Positions 30,477 through 40,375 are shown, counted from the first letter of the stretch. The stretch is DNA of 64,000 bases from Desulfobacterales bacterium (GCA_963674755.2 CAXXVS010000003.1:448001-512000); one strand, 5' to 3'. Program-made: numbers and translations. Notes: generated from the sequence alone by a model not told the origin.

Positions 30477-30619
30477 TCCTTCGCGTTTCCGGCGGTTATT
30501 TTGCACAATCTCGGCGTCAGACGGTGATTTTAATCCTCGACATACGTGAGTATGCCTGCGGTTAAAATCAACGTCTTCCTTGACCTTGCCCAAAATCCTT
30601 CGCCGGAAACACGAAGGAT
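30476..30619. repeat. 144-bp imperfect palindromic element (REP/MITE-like)
   Basis: Terminal arms ATCCTTCGCGTTTCCGGCG / CGCCGGAAACACGAAGGAT (18/19), inner arms 15/17, central CATAC-GTGA-GTATG. Confidence 0.75.
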
Positions 30620-30673
30620 ACGGTTTCGGAAAACAATTTTCTCGTTTTTCCTGTGGAAAGGTTCTCTTTCGGC

Positions 30674-33600
30674 ATGGTGCCGCTTACCGTTCGTTCCCAT
30701 TATTCCCTCATGTGGGGGACCGCCTCGGTGGCACGCCTGGTCCGGGGAGCGCGGCGGATGGGCTATAGGCGTTTGGCCCTCACGGATACGGACAATCTTT
30801 ACGGATTGTGGCCGTTTCTGGCGGCCTGTCGGCGGGAAGGGGTGCGGCCCATTGTGGGGGCGGAAGTGACGGATCCTGTCCGGCACGAACGGGCGGTTTG
30901 CCTGGTGGCCGACGATGCCGGCTACGGCAATCTCTGCCGGCTGCTGACCGCCCGCCACATGGACGATGCCTTTGCATTGAAAACAGCCCTGCCGGAGCGG
31001 GCCGAAGGCCTGGTGGTGCTTACCCAGATGCCCGATTTGCTCGCTGATTGGCATGCCGCGGGCGTGCGGGTGGCGGCCGCCATGCCTCGGAAGGCCCTGC
31101 CGGCGGCGCACCCCCTGCGACGGACCGCCAAGCGGTGCGCCCTTCCGGTGGTGGCCACCCCGGGCAGTTTTTTCCTGGAACCGGCCGAGTACGGGATCCA
31201 TCGCCTTTTGCGCGCCATTGACCGCAAAACCTTCTCTGATCGCCTCGCACCGGCGGATGCGGCCCCGGCCGATGCCTGGCTCGCGCCGCCGGCCGTATAC
31301 CGGCAGCGGTTTGCCGTTTGTCCCGAAGCGCTCGCGGCCAGTGCGGTGCTGGCCGAAGAAGCGGCTTTTACCGGGCCGCCCCTTGGCCCGGTGATGCCGC
31401 CCTGGTCGCCGGCCGACGGCGGCGAAGCGCGTCCGAATGAAGCCCTCCGGCAGGCCGCTTACCAGGGGGCACGGCGCCGCTACGGAGGAGCGCTTCCGGC
31501 AGCGGTGGTGGTGCGGCTGGAACACGAGTTGGGGGTCATCGCCCAGATGGGGTTTGCGACTTATTTTCTCGTGGTGCGCGACATTGTGGGTCCCGGTTCG
31601 CGGACCTGCGGACGGGGATCGGGAGCCGCTTCCCTGGTGGCCTATTGCCTGGGCATCACCAATGTTTGCCCGATCAAACACAACCTCTATTTCGAGCGTT
31701 TTCTCAATCCCGGCCGCACAGATCCGCCCGATATCGACGTGGATTTCGCCTGGGATGAGCGCGACGCGCTCCAGCAGGCCGTGTTGTCCACCTACGGGGC
31801 GCATGCGGCTATGGTATGCAATCATGTCTGCTTTCAGCCTCGCATGGCCGTCAGGGAAACGGCCCGGGTCTATGGGCTGACCGAAGGCGAGATCGGACGT
31901 GTGACCCGCCGTCTGCCCTGGTACTGGCGCATGGAGGGTCCCGCCGAGGAACTGTTGGCCGCCGTGCGCCGGCGTCCGGAGGCCCGCGTCCTCGATTTCC
32001 CGTCCCCCTGGCCGGAGATTCTGGCCTGCGCCGAACGCATCATTGGCATACCACGGTATCTGTCCGTGCATTCCGGCGGGGTCGTGATAACCCCGGAGCC
32101 GGTGGACCGCTATGTCCCGGTGCAGCGGGCGGCCAAAGGGGTGCCGATCATCCAATGGGAAAAGGATGCCATCGAAGATGCCGGTCTGGTGAAGATCGAT
32201 CTGCTGGGCAACCGCAGCCTGGGGGTGATCCGGGATGCGCTGGCCAGCGTCCGGGCCCAGGGCGGCGATGTGGACGAAGAGCGTTGGACACCGGAGGAGG
32301 ACCCCGCCACCCAGGAAGCCGTGGCCCAGGGCCGGACCATGGGCTGTTTCTACATCGAAAGTCCGGCCATGCGGCTTCTCCAGAAAAAAGCGGGAGTGGG
32401 GGATTTCGAACACCTCGTCATCCACAGCAGCATCATTCGTCCGGCCGCCAACGAATTCATTCAGGCGTACATCCGGCGGCTGCACGGCGGCGCCTGGGAC
32501 CCCATCCACCCGCTGCTGGCCGACGTTTTGTCGGAAACCTTCGGTATCATGGTCTACCAGGAGGACGTCTCCCGGGTGGCGGTGGCGCTGGCCGGGTTTT
32601 CCCATGGCGAGGCCGATCGCCTGCGGAAAGTGATGTCCAAAAAGGACCGCGAATTCCACCTGAAGGATTTTCGCACCCGTTTTTTTGCGGGCGCCCGGGC
32701 GCGCGGGGTTGCCGAGCCTACGGTCGCAGCGGTGTGGGCGATGATGATGAGTTTCAGTGGCTACTCGTTCTGCAAACCCCACAGCGCCTCCTATGCCCGG
32801 GTGTCCTTCCAGGCAGCCTATCTCAAGACGCACCATTCCGCTGAATTCATGGCGGCCGTGATCAGCAACCAAGGGGGTTACTACACCACCTTTGCCTATG
32901 TGTCCGAGGCCCGGCGCCTGGGGCTGACCATCCTGCCGCCGGATGTGATCCGCAGCCGGCAGCGCTGGACCGGCCAGGGGCAGACCGTGCGGGTAGGCCT
33001 GCAGGCGATCAAAGGGCTGGGCAGGGCCACCGCCGCCCGCATCGTGACCGAAAGAAGCCGGCGTCCCTTTCGCGACGGGATGGATTTCCTGAAGCGGGTG
33101 CAGCCGGACGAAGCCGAAGCGCGGGCCCTGATCCGCTCTGGGGCTCTGGACGGCCTGACACCGCCGGGGGACCGGGCCGGGTTGATGTGGACGCTGGCCT
33201 GTTGGCAGCACCGACGTGATCGGTCCGTCGATGCCAATTCCCTTTTTGCCACCCCAACCGGCACCGCAGCGCCCTGCCTGCCGGACGACGACCCCCTGGA
33301 GCGGCTGCGGCGGGAGTTTGCCGTCCTGGGGTTTTTGTGCGACCGGCATCCCATGACCTTGTATCGTGCGGCGCTACAGGCCCGGCAAGCGGTCCCGGCC
33401 CGGGACCTGGGACATTGGGTGGGCCGTCACGTGCGCTTCGGGGGCTGGTTCGTGACCGGCAAGGTGGTGCATACCAAACACGGCGATCCCATGGAATTTT
33501 TAACCTTCGAAGATGAAACGGATCTGATCGAAACTACTTTTTTCCCGGAGGTTTACCGTCGATTCTGCCATATGCTGGACTGGGGGCGTCCCTATCTCTT

Positions 33601-33796
33601 GAGCGGCCGGGTGGAGATGGATTGGGGCGTGTTGACCCTGACCGTGGATCACGTTGCCCCCTTGCCGCCCCTGCGGTCCGTGGCGGCGTCCCGGGCAGGG
33701 TTGCACAAACGGGCGGAAACGCCTAAGCTGATCCATCAGGCGAGCGGCAGTGGCACCATCGGGCCGGGGGCGGGCTTTCCCGCGGCTTCGCTTTGA
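30674..33796 (+). CDS. dnaE2: DNA polymerase III alpha subunit, error-prone DnaE2 type
   Basis: GRGSGAASLVAYCLGIT, FERFLNP, PDIDVDF, KIDLLG, YSFCKPHS, C-terminal OB fold; sits in an SOS cassette. Confidence 0.88.
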   Translation: MVPLTVRSHYSLMWGTASVARLVRGARRMGYRRLALTDTDNLYGLWPFLAACRREGVRPIVGAEVTDPVRHERAVCLVADDAGYGNLCRLLTARHMDDAFALKTALPERAEGLVVLTQMPDLLADWHAAGVRVAAAMPRKALPAAHPLRRTAKRCALPVVATPGSFFLEPAEYGIHRLLRAIDRKTFSDRLAPADAAPADAWLAPPAVYRQRFAVCPEALAASAVLAEEAAFTGPPLGPVMPPWSPADGGEARPNEALRQAAYQGARRRYGGALPAAVVVRLEHELGVIAQMGFATYFLVVRDIVGPGSRTCGRGSGAASLVAYCLGITNVCPIKHNLYFERFLNPGRTDPPDIDVDFAWDERDALQQAVLSTYGAHAAMVCNHVCFQPRMAVRETARVYGLTEGEIGRVTRRLPWYWRMEGPAEELLAAVRRRPEARVLDFPSPWPEILACAERIIGIPRYLSVHSGGVVITPEPVDRYVPVQRAAKGVPIIQWEKDAIEDAGLVKIDLLGNRSLGVIRDALASVRAQGGDVDEERWTPEEDPATQEAVAQGRTMGCFYIESPAMRLLQKKAGVGDFEHLVIHSSIIRPAANEFIQAYIRRLHGGAWDPIHPLLADVLSETFGIMVYQEDVSRVAVALAGFSHGEADRLRKVMSKKDREFHLKDFRTRFFAGARARGVAEPTVAAVWAMMMSFSGYSFCKPHSASYARVSFQAAYLKTHHSAEFMAAVISNQGGYYTTFAYVSEARRLGLTILPPDVIRSRQRWTGQGQTVRVGLQAIKGLGRATAARIVTERSRRPFRDGMDFLKRVQPDEAEARALIRSGALDGLTPPGDRAGLMWTLACWQHRRDRSVDANSLFATPTGTAAPCLPDDDPLERLRREFAVLGFLCDRHPMTLYRAALQARQAVPARDLGHWVGRHVRFGGWFVTGKVVHTKHGDPMEFLTFEDETDLIETTFFPEVYRRFCHMLDWGRPYLLSGRVEMDWGVLTLTVDHVAPLPPLRSVAASRAGLHKRAETPKLIHQASGSGTIGPGAGFPAASL

Positions 33797-33817
33797 ACGG
33801 TATAGGGAGAACGATCG

Positions 33818-34453
33818 ATGCGAGATTCCGAACGGAAACGCAGGGGATTGTGGGCGGTGGCTCTGGCGGCGGTATTGCTGATGGGCTGCGCGGCCCCGAT
33901 TACCTATCCGGTCCAGCTGGCCTACGACGGCCATGTTCCGCCCGCGGCGGATGAAACAGTGGCGGTCGGCATTCAACCGTTTCGCGACCGGCGCGATACG
34001 GGAGACCGTTTTGCGGTCGGCTACCGCCAAGTGGGCCGCGGGGAGGGCGAACGGGAGCGCTATGCTTCCAGCCCGGATGACGTCGCCCAGGCCGTGACCC
34101 GGATGACGCGTGAGCTCATCCGGCAAAAGGGGGACGTTCCCGGGGAGCTGGAAGGATGGAATTACACGCCGGACCAGATGATGGACCTGAGCAAGGGGTT
34201 CGACGTCCTGGTCGGAGGCGATATCCTGCGCCTGCGGTGCAATGCCGAGAAACGGCTCATGTACACGCGCATGGACCTGGAGCTGGAAATCGTGGTCTAC
34301 GTGGGCCAGGTCCGGGAAGGGGTGGTGCACCGGCGTCCCATCAGCATGCGCACGGAGCGTGTTGCCGCCACCTTCGGCCCACGTGAACTGCAGCAATTCT
34401 TGAACGATATGCTGTCCCAGGCTTTGGAAAAAGGCTGCGTGGATATTCCCTGA
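33818..34453 (+). CDS. Hypothetical lipoprotein
   Basis: Lipobox LMGC after a hydrophobic stretch; RBS GGGAG. Confidence 0.7.
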   Translation: MRDSERKRRGLWAVALAAVLLMGCAAPITYPVQLAYDGHVPPAADETVAVGIQPFRDRRDTGDRFAVGYRQVGRGEGERERYASSPDDVAQAVTRMTRELIRQKGDVPGELEGWNYTPDQMMDLSKGFDVLVGGDILRLRCNAEKRLMYTRMDLELEIVVYVGQVREGVVHRRPISMRTERVAATFGPRELQQFLNDMLSQALEKGCVDIP

Positions 34454-34474
34454 TGCGTGCCGGAGCAGCCCGCA

Positions 34475-35272
34475 TCAAAGGGATTTTTTCAGGCAGCGAT
34501 TGATCTGTGCAAAAAGGCTGGTCGACAGGGCCAGCAGATGAATATCCCGGCCCTGGCCTTCCAGGTATTCGGCGATGGGAAATTTCGTGCCGTCCAGACG
34601 CATGAAATGTCCCCCGGCGGCCTCCATGATCACCCGCACCGCGGCCAGATCCTTGTAAGACTCGTTGGCGATCAGCGCCGCTTCGGCAAATCCCATGGCC
34701 ACATAACAGATGTGGGCGGAGGTGCATCCCAGGTTGAGTTGCTTGCCGGGAAATCCGCTCTGGTAGTTCTGGTGAAAGCGGGAGAAGGTCAGCAGAACGC
34801 TTTCATCGCTGATGCTGTCCTGGGAGGATACATGAATCGGCTGGTCGCCGCGGAAGGCTTCCTGGCCGGCCACGGCATGAAACAGATCATCGGTGGCCGG
34901 CATGTAGAAGGCGCCCATCACGGGCCACTTGTTGTCCAATAGGGCGATGGACATCCCCCAGATCGGGATGCCGTCCATAAAATTGGACATGCCGTCCAGC
35001 GGATCGAAAATCCAGACGTAGCGTTTGGCCTCATGGGTGTAAGCGTCGTCAGGGCTTTGCCCGTCGAAGCAATGATGCTCCGGGAAGCGTGCCCGGAGGG
35101 CTTTCTGGAAAAGCTCATTGAGATGCAGCTCCACTCGGGTCACCAGGGTTTCGTCGAATTTGACCTGGGACGCCCCCTTGCCATAGAATTCGAGCGCTTC
35201 TTCTCCGGCTTTTTTGATGAAATCGATGGCGAATGCCTTCAAATCTTCGATGGGCACGTAGTCCTTGTCCAA
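34475..35272 (-). CDS. Inositol monophosphatase family protein
   Basis: WIFDPLDGMSNF, YKDLAA motifs; TTG start after GAGGAGGAGGAG. Confidence 0.85.
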   Translation of the reverse strand: MDKDYVPIEDLKAFAIDFIKKAGEEALEFYGKGASQVKFDETLVTRVELHLNELFQKALRARFPEHHCFDGQSPDDAYTHEAKRYVWIFDPLDGMSNFMDGIPIWGMSIALLDNKWPVMGAFYMPATDDLFHAVAGQEAFRGDQPIHVSSQDSISDESVLLTFSRFHQNYQSGFPGKQLNLGCTSAHICYVAMGFAEAALIANESYKDLAAVRVIMEAAGGHFMRLDGTKFPIAEYLEGQGRDIHLLALSTSLFAQINRCLKKSL

Positions 35273-35495
35273 TCTTCTCCTCCTCCTCTGCTGGTGGTCG
35301 GCGACGGCTTCCGCACGGTTACCATAGTATATCCCTGAACCGGGATCAAGATGGTGCGCAACGCGAAACACCGGTTTCGAACGACGGGAATGCGTTTGAC
35401 ATCAGTCGATTCAGCTTTAGCTTGATCTTTCGTGTGTTCTGTTTGATAGTAGCAGCCTTTGCAACCTGAGCGATAAGAAACCGGAGGGTAATGGG

Positions 35496-36173
35496 ATGGC
35501 TTTTGAGACCCGCGAGCAAGTGCTTGAGCGCGTGATGCATATGGAAAAACCCCAGTGTCCCCACTGCGGTGAAGAGATGAATCTCTGGGAGGTGCCTCCC
35601 ATCAACTTCAGCGACGGTTTGGGGTGGGGGGAACCCTTTCTTTTCGTATGCTTCAACGACACGTGCCCTTCCTATGTGAATGGCTGGGACCACATGGAGG
35701 AAACCTATGCCCATCATGCTTCTTATCGCTGCATGAATTATCCCGGTACCAGTGTGTTTGAATTTATGCCGGTCTTCAGTCCCCACGGTGGTACGGGACA
35801 AGTGATCGATGACCAGATCCTGGCCCAGGAGGAAGCCCTCAAGGCCGCCACCAAAAAGGGGTTCAACATTTTGGCGACGTGCTTTGTGGAAAAAGACGGG
35901 CCGACGATCCTGAGACTTTTACTGGACTCGGCCGAACCCTCCCGGGTGCGTTTGAAGGCCGCGGAAATGCTGGGTGATATCGGGGGGCTCGAAGCTATCG
36001 ATGCTTTGCGCAACCTCAAGCTAGGCAATGAGCTCATCCAGCAGCAAGTCGAGGACAGTGTGGCCAAGATCCATACGCGGTTTTTTACCCGTGAGTGCCC
36101 GTTTTGTGCGGAAATCATCAAGCAGCGCGCCAAGATCTGCAAACACTGCGGCAAAGAGGTGGCCGGGGAGTAA
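35496..36173 (+). CDS. Zinc-ribbon / HEAT-repeat protein
   Basis: CPHC...CFNDTC N-terminal region, VRLKAAEMLGDIG HEAT repeat, C-terminal CPFC...CKHC. Confidence 0.8.
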   Translation: MAFETREQVLERVMHMEKPQCPHCGEEMNLWEVPPINFSDGLGWGEPFLFVCFNDTCPSYVNGWDHMEETYAHHASYRCMNYPGTSVFEFMPVFSPHGGTGQVIDDQILAQEEALKAATKKGFNILATCFVEKDGPTILRLLLDSAEPSRVRLKAAEMLGDIGGLEAIDALRNLKLGNELIQQQVEDSVAKIHTRFFTRECPFCAEIIKQRAKICKHCGKEVAGE

Positions 36174-36220
36174 CCGACGATTTAGGCGCCGGCCCTGGGC
36201 GGACGGCGTCAACCGAATTG

Positions 36221-36260
36221 AGCCGATCAGGAAAATTGTTTTCCGGGATCGGCTTTTTTT
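36221..36260 (+). terminator. Intrinsic terminator
   Basis: AGCCGATC-GGAAAA...TTTTCC-GATCGGCT followed by a T run. Confidence 0.75.
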
Positions 36261-36810
36261 ATCCCTGCTCCGGCGGTCTGATGATATTGACGTTGTCTTG
36301 ATCGTAGGTTCGGAAAATGAGCTTTTCGCGCGCCAAGCGCTCTTCCGGATAAGGACGGGGGGGCTGCTCGGCCAACCGGCGGGCCGCCTCCCGGGGTGAC
36401 GGCAGGGCCGCCAAACCCCGCGCACAGGGTTTGCCCGTAGCGGTGTCCAGAATGACCGCCTCGCGTCCGTCGGTCACCACCGCAAGAGGGATCGGGGTCG
36501 CACCGAAAATACGCGCGGCGGCCAGAATTTCCCGTTCGCGCGATCCCAGCGAGCCGGCACAGCATTTAAAGGCCATGATCGGGATGAGGGACTCGCCGGC
36601 CTTGACGATCAGGTCGATTTTACCGGTGTAGGGGCTGTCGTCAATGCGGATGCGCAGGGGCGCGTCCACCCACAAGGTCTCGCGGGCATACCCCTTTTCT
36701 TCCACCAAAAACCGGAGAACCGCTTGCCGATGGCTTTCAGTTCCCACATCGGGGATGACAGCCCCGGTCAGGTAGTCCTTCAGGGTGGGCGGTGTCGATG
36801 ATGGTGTCAT
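36259..36810 (-). CDS. Stand-alone type I restriction HsdR N-terminal-like domain protein
   Basis: ESHRQ..L.FLVEEKGY, IDLIV, AVVTDG pattern; start MTPS at 36810. Confidence 0.65.
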   Translation of the reverse strand: MTPSSTPPTLKDYLTGAVIPDVGTESHRQAVLRFLVEEKGYARETLWVDAPLRIRIDDSPYTGKIDLIVKAGESLIPIMAFKCCAGSLGSREREILAAARIFGATPIPLAVVTDGREAVILDTATGKPCARGLAALPSPREAARRLAEQPPRPYPEERLAREKLIFRTYDQDNVNIIRPPEQG

Positions 36811-36832
36811 GCGTGTCCCTTGTGAAACCGTG

Positions 36833-37243
36833 TTATTCGTCGTCCGGGTGGCCTGCCGGTTCTTCCTGAGATTGATGGCGGCGCCAATCTTCCAGAGCCG
36901 GTGTATTGATCCGCGGCGCATCGGCCCATAATCCCTCCAGATCGTAAAAGCGGCGCACCGGGTCGTAGAAGACATGAATGACGACGTTGCCGTAATCCAT
37001 CAAAACCCAGTGCCCTTCCTTCAAGCCCTCGACACTGAGGGGGATCAGGCTGCTTTTTTTCAGGTCGGTTCGAATATATTCCGCAATGGCACTGACCTGG
37101 CGGTTGGACCGACCGCTGCAGATGATAAAGGTATCGGCCAGAGAGGTCAGCTCACCGACATCCAGCATGACCACATCAAGGGCCTTGCGACCCAGTACGG
37201 CCTTTACGAAAAGGTCCAGTTGGGGATCGTTGGTGTCGCTCAT
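36833..37243 (-). CDS. rsfS: Ribosome silencing factor
   Basis: KALDVV, IICSGRSNRQV, WVLMDYG, RRFYDLEGLW. Confidence 0.93.
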   Translation of the reverse strand: MSDTNDPQLDLFVKAVLGRKALDVVMLDVGELTSLADTFIICSGRSNRQVSAIAEYIRTDLKKSSLIPLSVEGLKEGHWVLMDYGNVVIHVFYDPVRRFYDLEGLWADAPRINTPALEDWRRHQSQEEPAGHPDDE

Positions 37244-37911
37244 CGATAGAGTCCTTTGGTGTCGATGTATTGGCGAACCGAATCGGGAACGAGAAAGTCG
37301 ATCGCTTTTTGGTGCCGAATCTGATGGCGAATGTGAGTCGCGGAGATGTTCAGACCGGTCACGTTGAATGCAAATATGGGCTGTTTTTCACAGTGGGTAA
37401 AGCAGGAGGTTTCCAAGGTACATTCGTAGCCCTGCAATGCTCCTTGAGTCAGCAATTCTTTCACGGCATGGTTGACCGAGGGTTGCAGACGTCCCCGGTG
37501 ATCGGGCCGGTTGATGACGATCAGGGGGATGATGTGGAGAAGATCCTGATAGGATTTCCAGGTTTCGATTTCCAAGAAGGCATCCAGTCCCATGATCAGA
37601 TAGAGCCAGGCTTCTTCCGGCAGGTGTTTGCGGAAGGTACAGACCGTATCGATGGTGAAAGAGGGCCCCTCACGTTTCAACTCGATATCCGATGCGCGCA
37701 GCCCTTGATGGCCTTCGATCGCCCTTTTGACCATGGCCATGCGGTCCGTTGCGGGCGCCAGATTGGCGCGGCCCTTGTGGGGCGGCGATGCCGACGGGAT
37801 GAGATAGACCGCATCGAGATCGAATCCCTCCCGTATTTCCACAGCGGCGCGTAAATGACCGAAGTGAATGGGATTGAATGTGCCCCCGAACATACCGATT
37901 TTTATGGCCAT
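37240..37911 (-). CDS. nadD: Nicotinate-nucleotide adenylyltransferase
   Basis: GGTFNPIHFGH, PPHK, ISATHIR. Confidence 0.93.
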   Translation of the reverse strand: MAIKIGMFGGTFNPIHFGHLRAAVEIREGFDLDAVYLIPSASPPHKGRANLAPATDRMAMVKRAIEGHQGLRASDIELKREGPSFTIDTVCTFRKHLPEEAWLYLIMGLDAFLEIETWKSYQDLLHIIPLIVINRPDHRGRLQPSVNHAVKELLTQGALQGYECTLETSCFTHCEKQPIFAFNVTGLNISATHIRHQIRHQKAIDFLVPDSVRQYIDTKGLYR

Positions 37912-37988
37912 GAGGCGCCTACGGCTCCTATAAAAAGATACTCCTGAAGCGTACGCTTCGGAAGGGTCGCTTCAAAAGGTTTGCGCGG

Positions 37989-39125
37989 TCAAGCGAGCGT
38001 TTCCTGGGTCAAGACCAGATTGTCCCGATGAATGACTTCGTCATAAGGCTTTTCCCCCAGGCGGCTGGCGATCTGGGTGGATTTGAGTCCTTTTATCTTA
38101 CGGATGTCGCTGGCCGTATAGTTCACCAGGCCATTGCCCAGGATCGTGCCCTCGAGATCGATCACCTGGACCGGATCGCCGACGCTGAATTCGCCGAGGA
38201 CCCGTACGATGCCGCTTGGCAGAAGGCTTTTGCCCCGCCCCTGAAGGGCTTTGGCGGCGCCCTGGTCAATGGTGACGGTTCCTTTCGGTTTCAGGGAAAA
38301 GGCCAGCCAGCATTTGCGGCTCGAAAGACGCTCCTTACGGGGAACGAAGAAGGTGCCCGGTACGGGTTCACTGAACAAGCAATGGAGAATGTCGGAGCGG
38401 GTTCCGTTGGCAATGACCATGGGAATGCCGGCGGCCGTCACCTTGCGGGCGGCCTTGATTTTGGTCAGCATGCCGCCGGTGCCCAGCGCCCCCGGAATAT
38501 CGCTGGCATAGCGTTCGATGGGTTTGCCGATGGTTTCCACCTCGGGCAGGAGTTCGGCATCGGCAAACACGCGGGGGTCTTTGTTGTATAACCCATCGAT
38601 GTCCGTCAGGTTGATCAACAGGTCTGCATCCATGAGCAGGGCGATTACCGCCGCCAAGTTGTCATTGTCACCGAATTTTATTTCATCCACCATGACGGTG
38701 TCGTTTTCATTGATAATGGGAAGGACGCCCCATTCCAACAAGGTGTTGAGGGTGTTGCGGGCATTCAGATAGCGTTTGCGGCTGGTCATATCTTCTGCCG
38801 TCAGCAGAATCTGGGCCACCTTCATGCTGTCGCGCGCAAAGGCTTCTTCATAGGCCTCGATCAAACCGGCCTGGCCCACGGCGGCGATGGCCTGCCGGGC
38901 CGGTATGGCCTCCGGTCGCCGGGCCAGCCCAAGCTTGCGCATGCCGGCCGCCATGGCGCCGGATGACACCAGGATCACCTGACGGCCTGTGGCCACCAGA
39001 TGACAGATTTCATGGCTGATGGATTCGATCACCGGGAGATTCAGACCCTGGTCTCGGGTGAGAACGTTGCTGCCGATTTTGACGACGACACGGCGCGCCT
39101 GGGCAAAATGGTGGAGGGCATTCAA
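37989..39125 (-). CDS. proB: Glutamate 5-kinase with PUA domain
   Basis: VVKIGS, VSSGA, PIINEND, FGDND, GTGGMLTK. Confidence 0.95.
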   Translation of the reverse strand: MNALHHFAQARRVVVKIGSNVLTRDQGLNLPVIESISHEICHLVATGRQVILVSSGAMAAGMRKLGLARRPEAIPARQAIAAVGQAGLIEAYEEAFARDSMKVAQILLTAEDMTSRKRYLNARNTLNTLLEWGVLPIINENDTVMVDEIKFGDNDNLAAVIALLMDADLLINLTDIDGLYNKDPRVFADAELLPEVETIGKPIERYASDIPGALGTGGMLTKIKAARKVTAAGIPMVIANGTRSDILHCLFSEPVPGTFFVPRKERLSSRKCWLAFSLKPKGTVTIDQGAAKALQGRGKSLLPSGIVRVLGEFSVGDPVQVIDLEGTILGNGLVNYTASDIRKIKGLKSTQIASRLGEKPYDEVIHRDNLVLTQETLA

Positions 39126-39128
39126 GGG

Positions 39129-40124
39129 CTAGTCACCATCCAGAAGTTGGGTCAGCCTGGAGGTCAGCGCAGCAAGGCCTTCCGCCTTTTGGGCGGAGAT
39201 TGTGACGATGGCCTCGCCCGGCAGCGCCTGTCGAAAGATTTCTGCTTTTTGGGCCGCTTCCGGCAGATCCAGTTTGTTGAGGACGATCAGTTGGGGTTTG
39301 GTCCCCAGAGACGGATTGTAAAGTGTCAGCTCGCGATTGACGGTGTCCAGGGCGGCCAAGGGCCGATCCTGATCGATGGCCTGGGCATCGATCAGGTGAA
39401 GAAGAACCCGTGTGCGTTCGATATGTTTCAAAAAGCGATGGCCCAGGCCGGCCCCCTGATGGGCGCCGTCGATCAACCCGGGGATATCGGCCACCACAAA
39501 GGGCTCGGCCCATTCCGTGCGTACGACGCCGAGGTAGGGATTCAAGGTCGTAAACGGGTAGTCCGCCGTTTTGGGCCGGGCGGCCGAGATGGCGCTCAGC
39601 AATGTTGATTTGCCGGCGTTCGGCAGCCCGATGATCCCTACGTCGGCCAGCAGTTTGAGTTCCAGTTTGACGGATAGAGCGATACCGGGTTCCCCAGGCT
39701 GGGCATAGCGTGGGGTACGGTTGGTGGATGATTTGAAACGCGTGTTGCCAAGTCCGCCGCGACCGCCCCGGGCCAGGACGAAACGTTCGTCCGGCGAGGC
39801 CATGTCTTTGATGAGTGCGCCGTCGTCCGCGTTCAAGATAATGGTGCCAGGTGGGAGTTCGATGGTCAGATCGGCGCCATTGCGCCCGGTTTTTTGAGAA
39901 CCCTGGCCATGGCCGCCGTTAGCGGCTTTGAACTGACGTTTGTATTGAAACTGCTTAAGGGTACGTTTGCGGTGCGTGGTTACCAGGACAATGTCACCGC
40001 CCTTGCCCCCGTCGCCCCCATCCGGTCCGCCGCGGGGAATGAATTTTTCGCGGCGGAAGCTGACGCACCCGCGGCCGCCGTTCCCGGATTGAACGGTAAT
40101 GGTTGCTTCATCAATGAATTTCAC
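39129..40124 (-). CDS. obgE: GTPase ObgE
   Basis: FIDEA...[29 protein letters not shown]. Confidence 0.95.
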   Translation of the reverse strand: MKFIDEATITVQSGNGGRGCVSFRREKFIPRGGPDGGDGGKGGDIVLVTTHRKRTLKQFQYKRQFKAANGGHGQGSQKTGRNGADLTIELPPGTIILNADDGALIKDMASPDERFVLARGGRGGLGNTRFKSSTNRTPRYAQPGEPGIALSVKLELKLLADVGIIGLPNAGKSTLLSAISAARPKTADYPFTTLNPYLGVVRTEWAEPFVVADIPGLIDGAHQGAGLGHRFLKHIERTRVLLHLIDAQAIDQDRPLAALDTVNRELTLYNPSLGTKPQLIVLNKLDLPEAAQKAEIFRQALPGEAIVTISAQKAEGLAALTSRLTQLLDGD

Positions 40125-40375
40125 GCGTCATAAACGCTGACTTTTTTCCTATCGCGTCCCAGACGTTCGTAGGCGACAATGCCGTCAATCTTGGCAAAGA
40201 GGGTATAGTCTTTTCCCATTCCCACATTGTCGCCGGGATGGATTCGGGTACCGAGTTGCCGCACCAGAATATTGCCGGCCCGCACTTTTTCACCGCCGTA
40301 ACGCTTGATGCCGCGTCGTTGGGCATTGCTGTCGCGGCCATTCTTGGAACTACCACCTGCTTTTTTATGTGCCAT
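40121..40375 (-). CDS. rpmA: 50S ribosomal protein L27
   Basis: [16 protein letters not shown]. Confidence 0.97.
   Translation of the reverse strand: MAHKKAGGSSKNGRDSNAQRRGIKRYGGEKVRAGNILVRQLGTRIHPGDNVGMGKDYTLFAKIDGIVAYERLGRDRKKVSVYDA

Noticed and set aside
30530..33349. 939-aa minus-strand ORF
   Set aside because: Antisense to dnaE2, with no domain signal
35275..35420. Possible 6S RNA
   Set aside because: No long rod with a central bubble; explained by the promoter and RBS of the inositol monophosphatase gene
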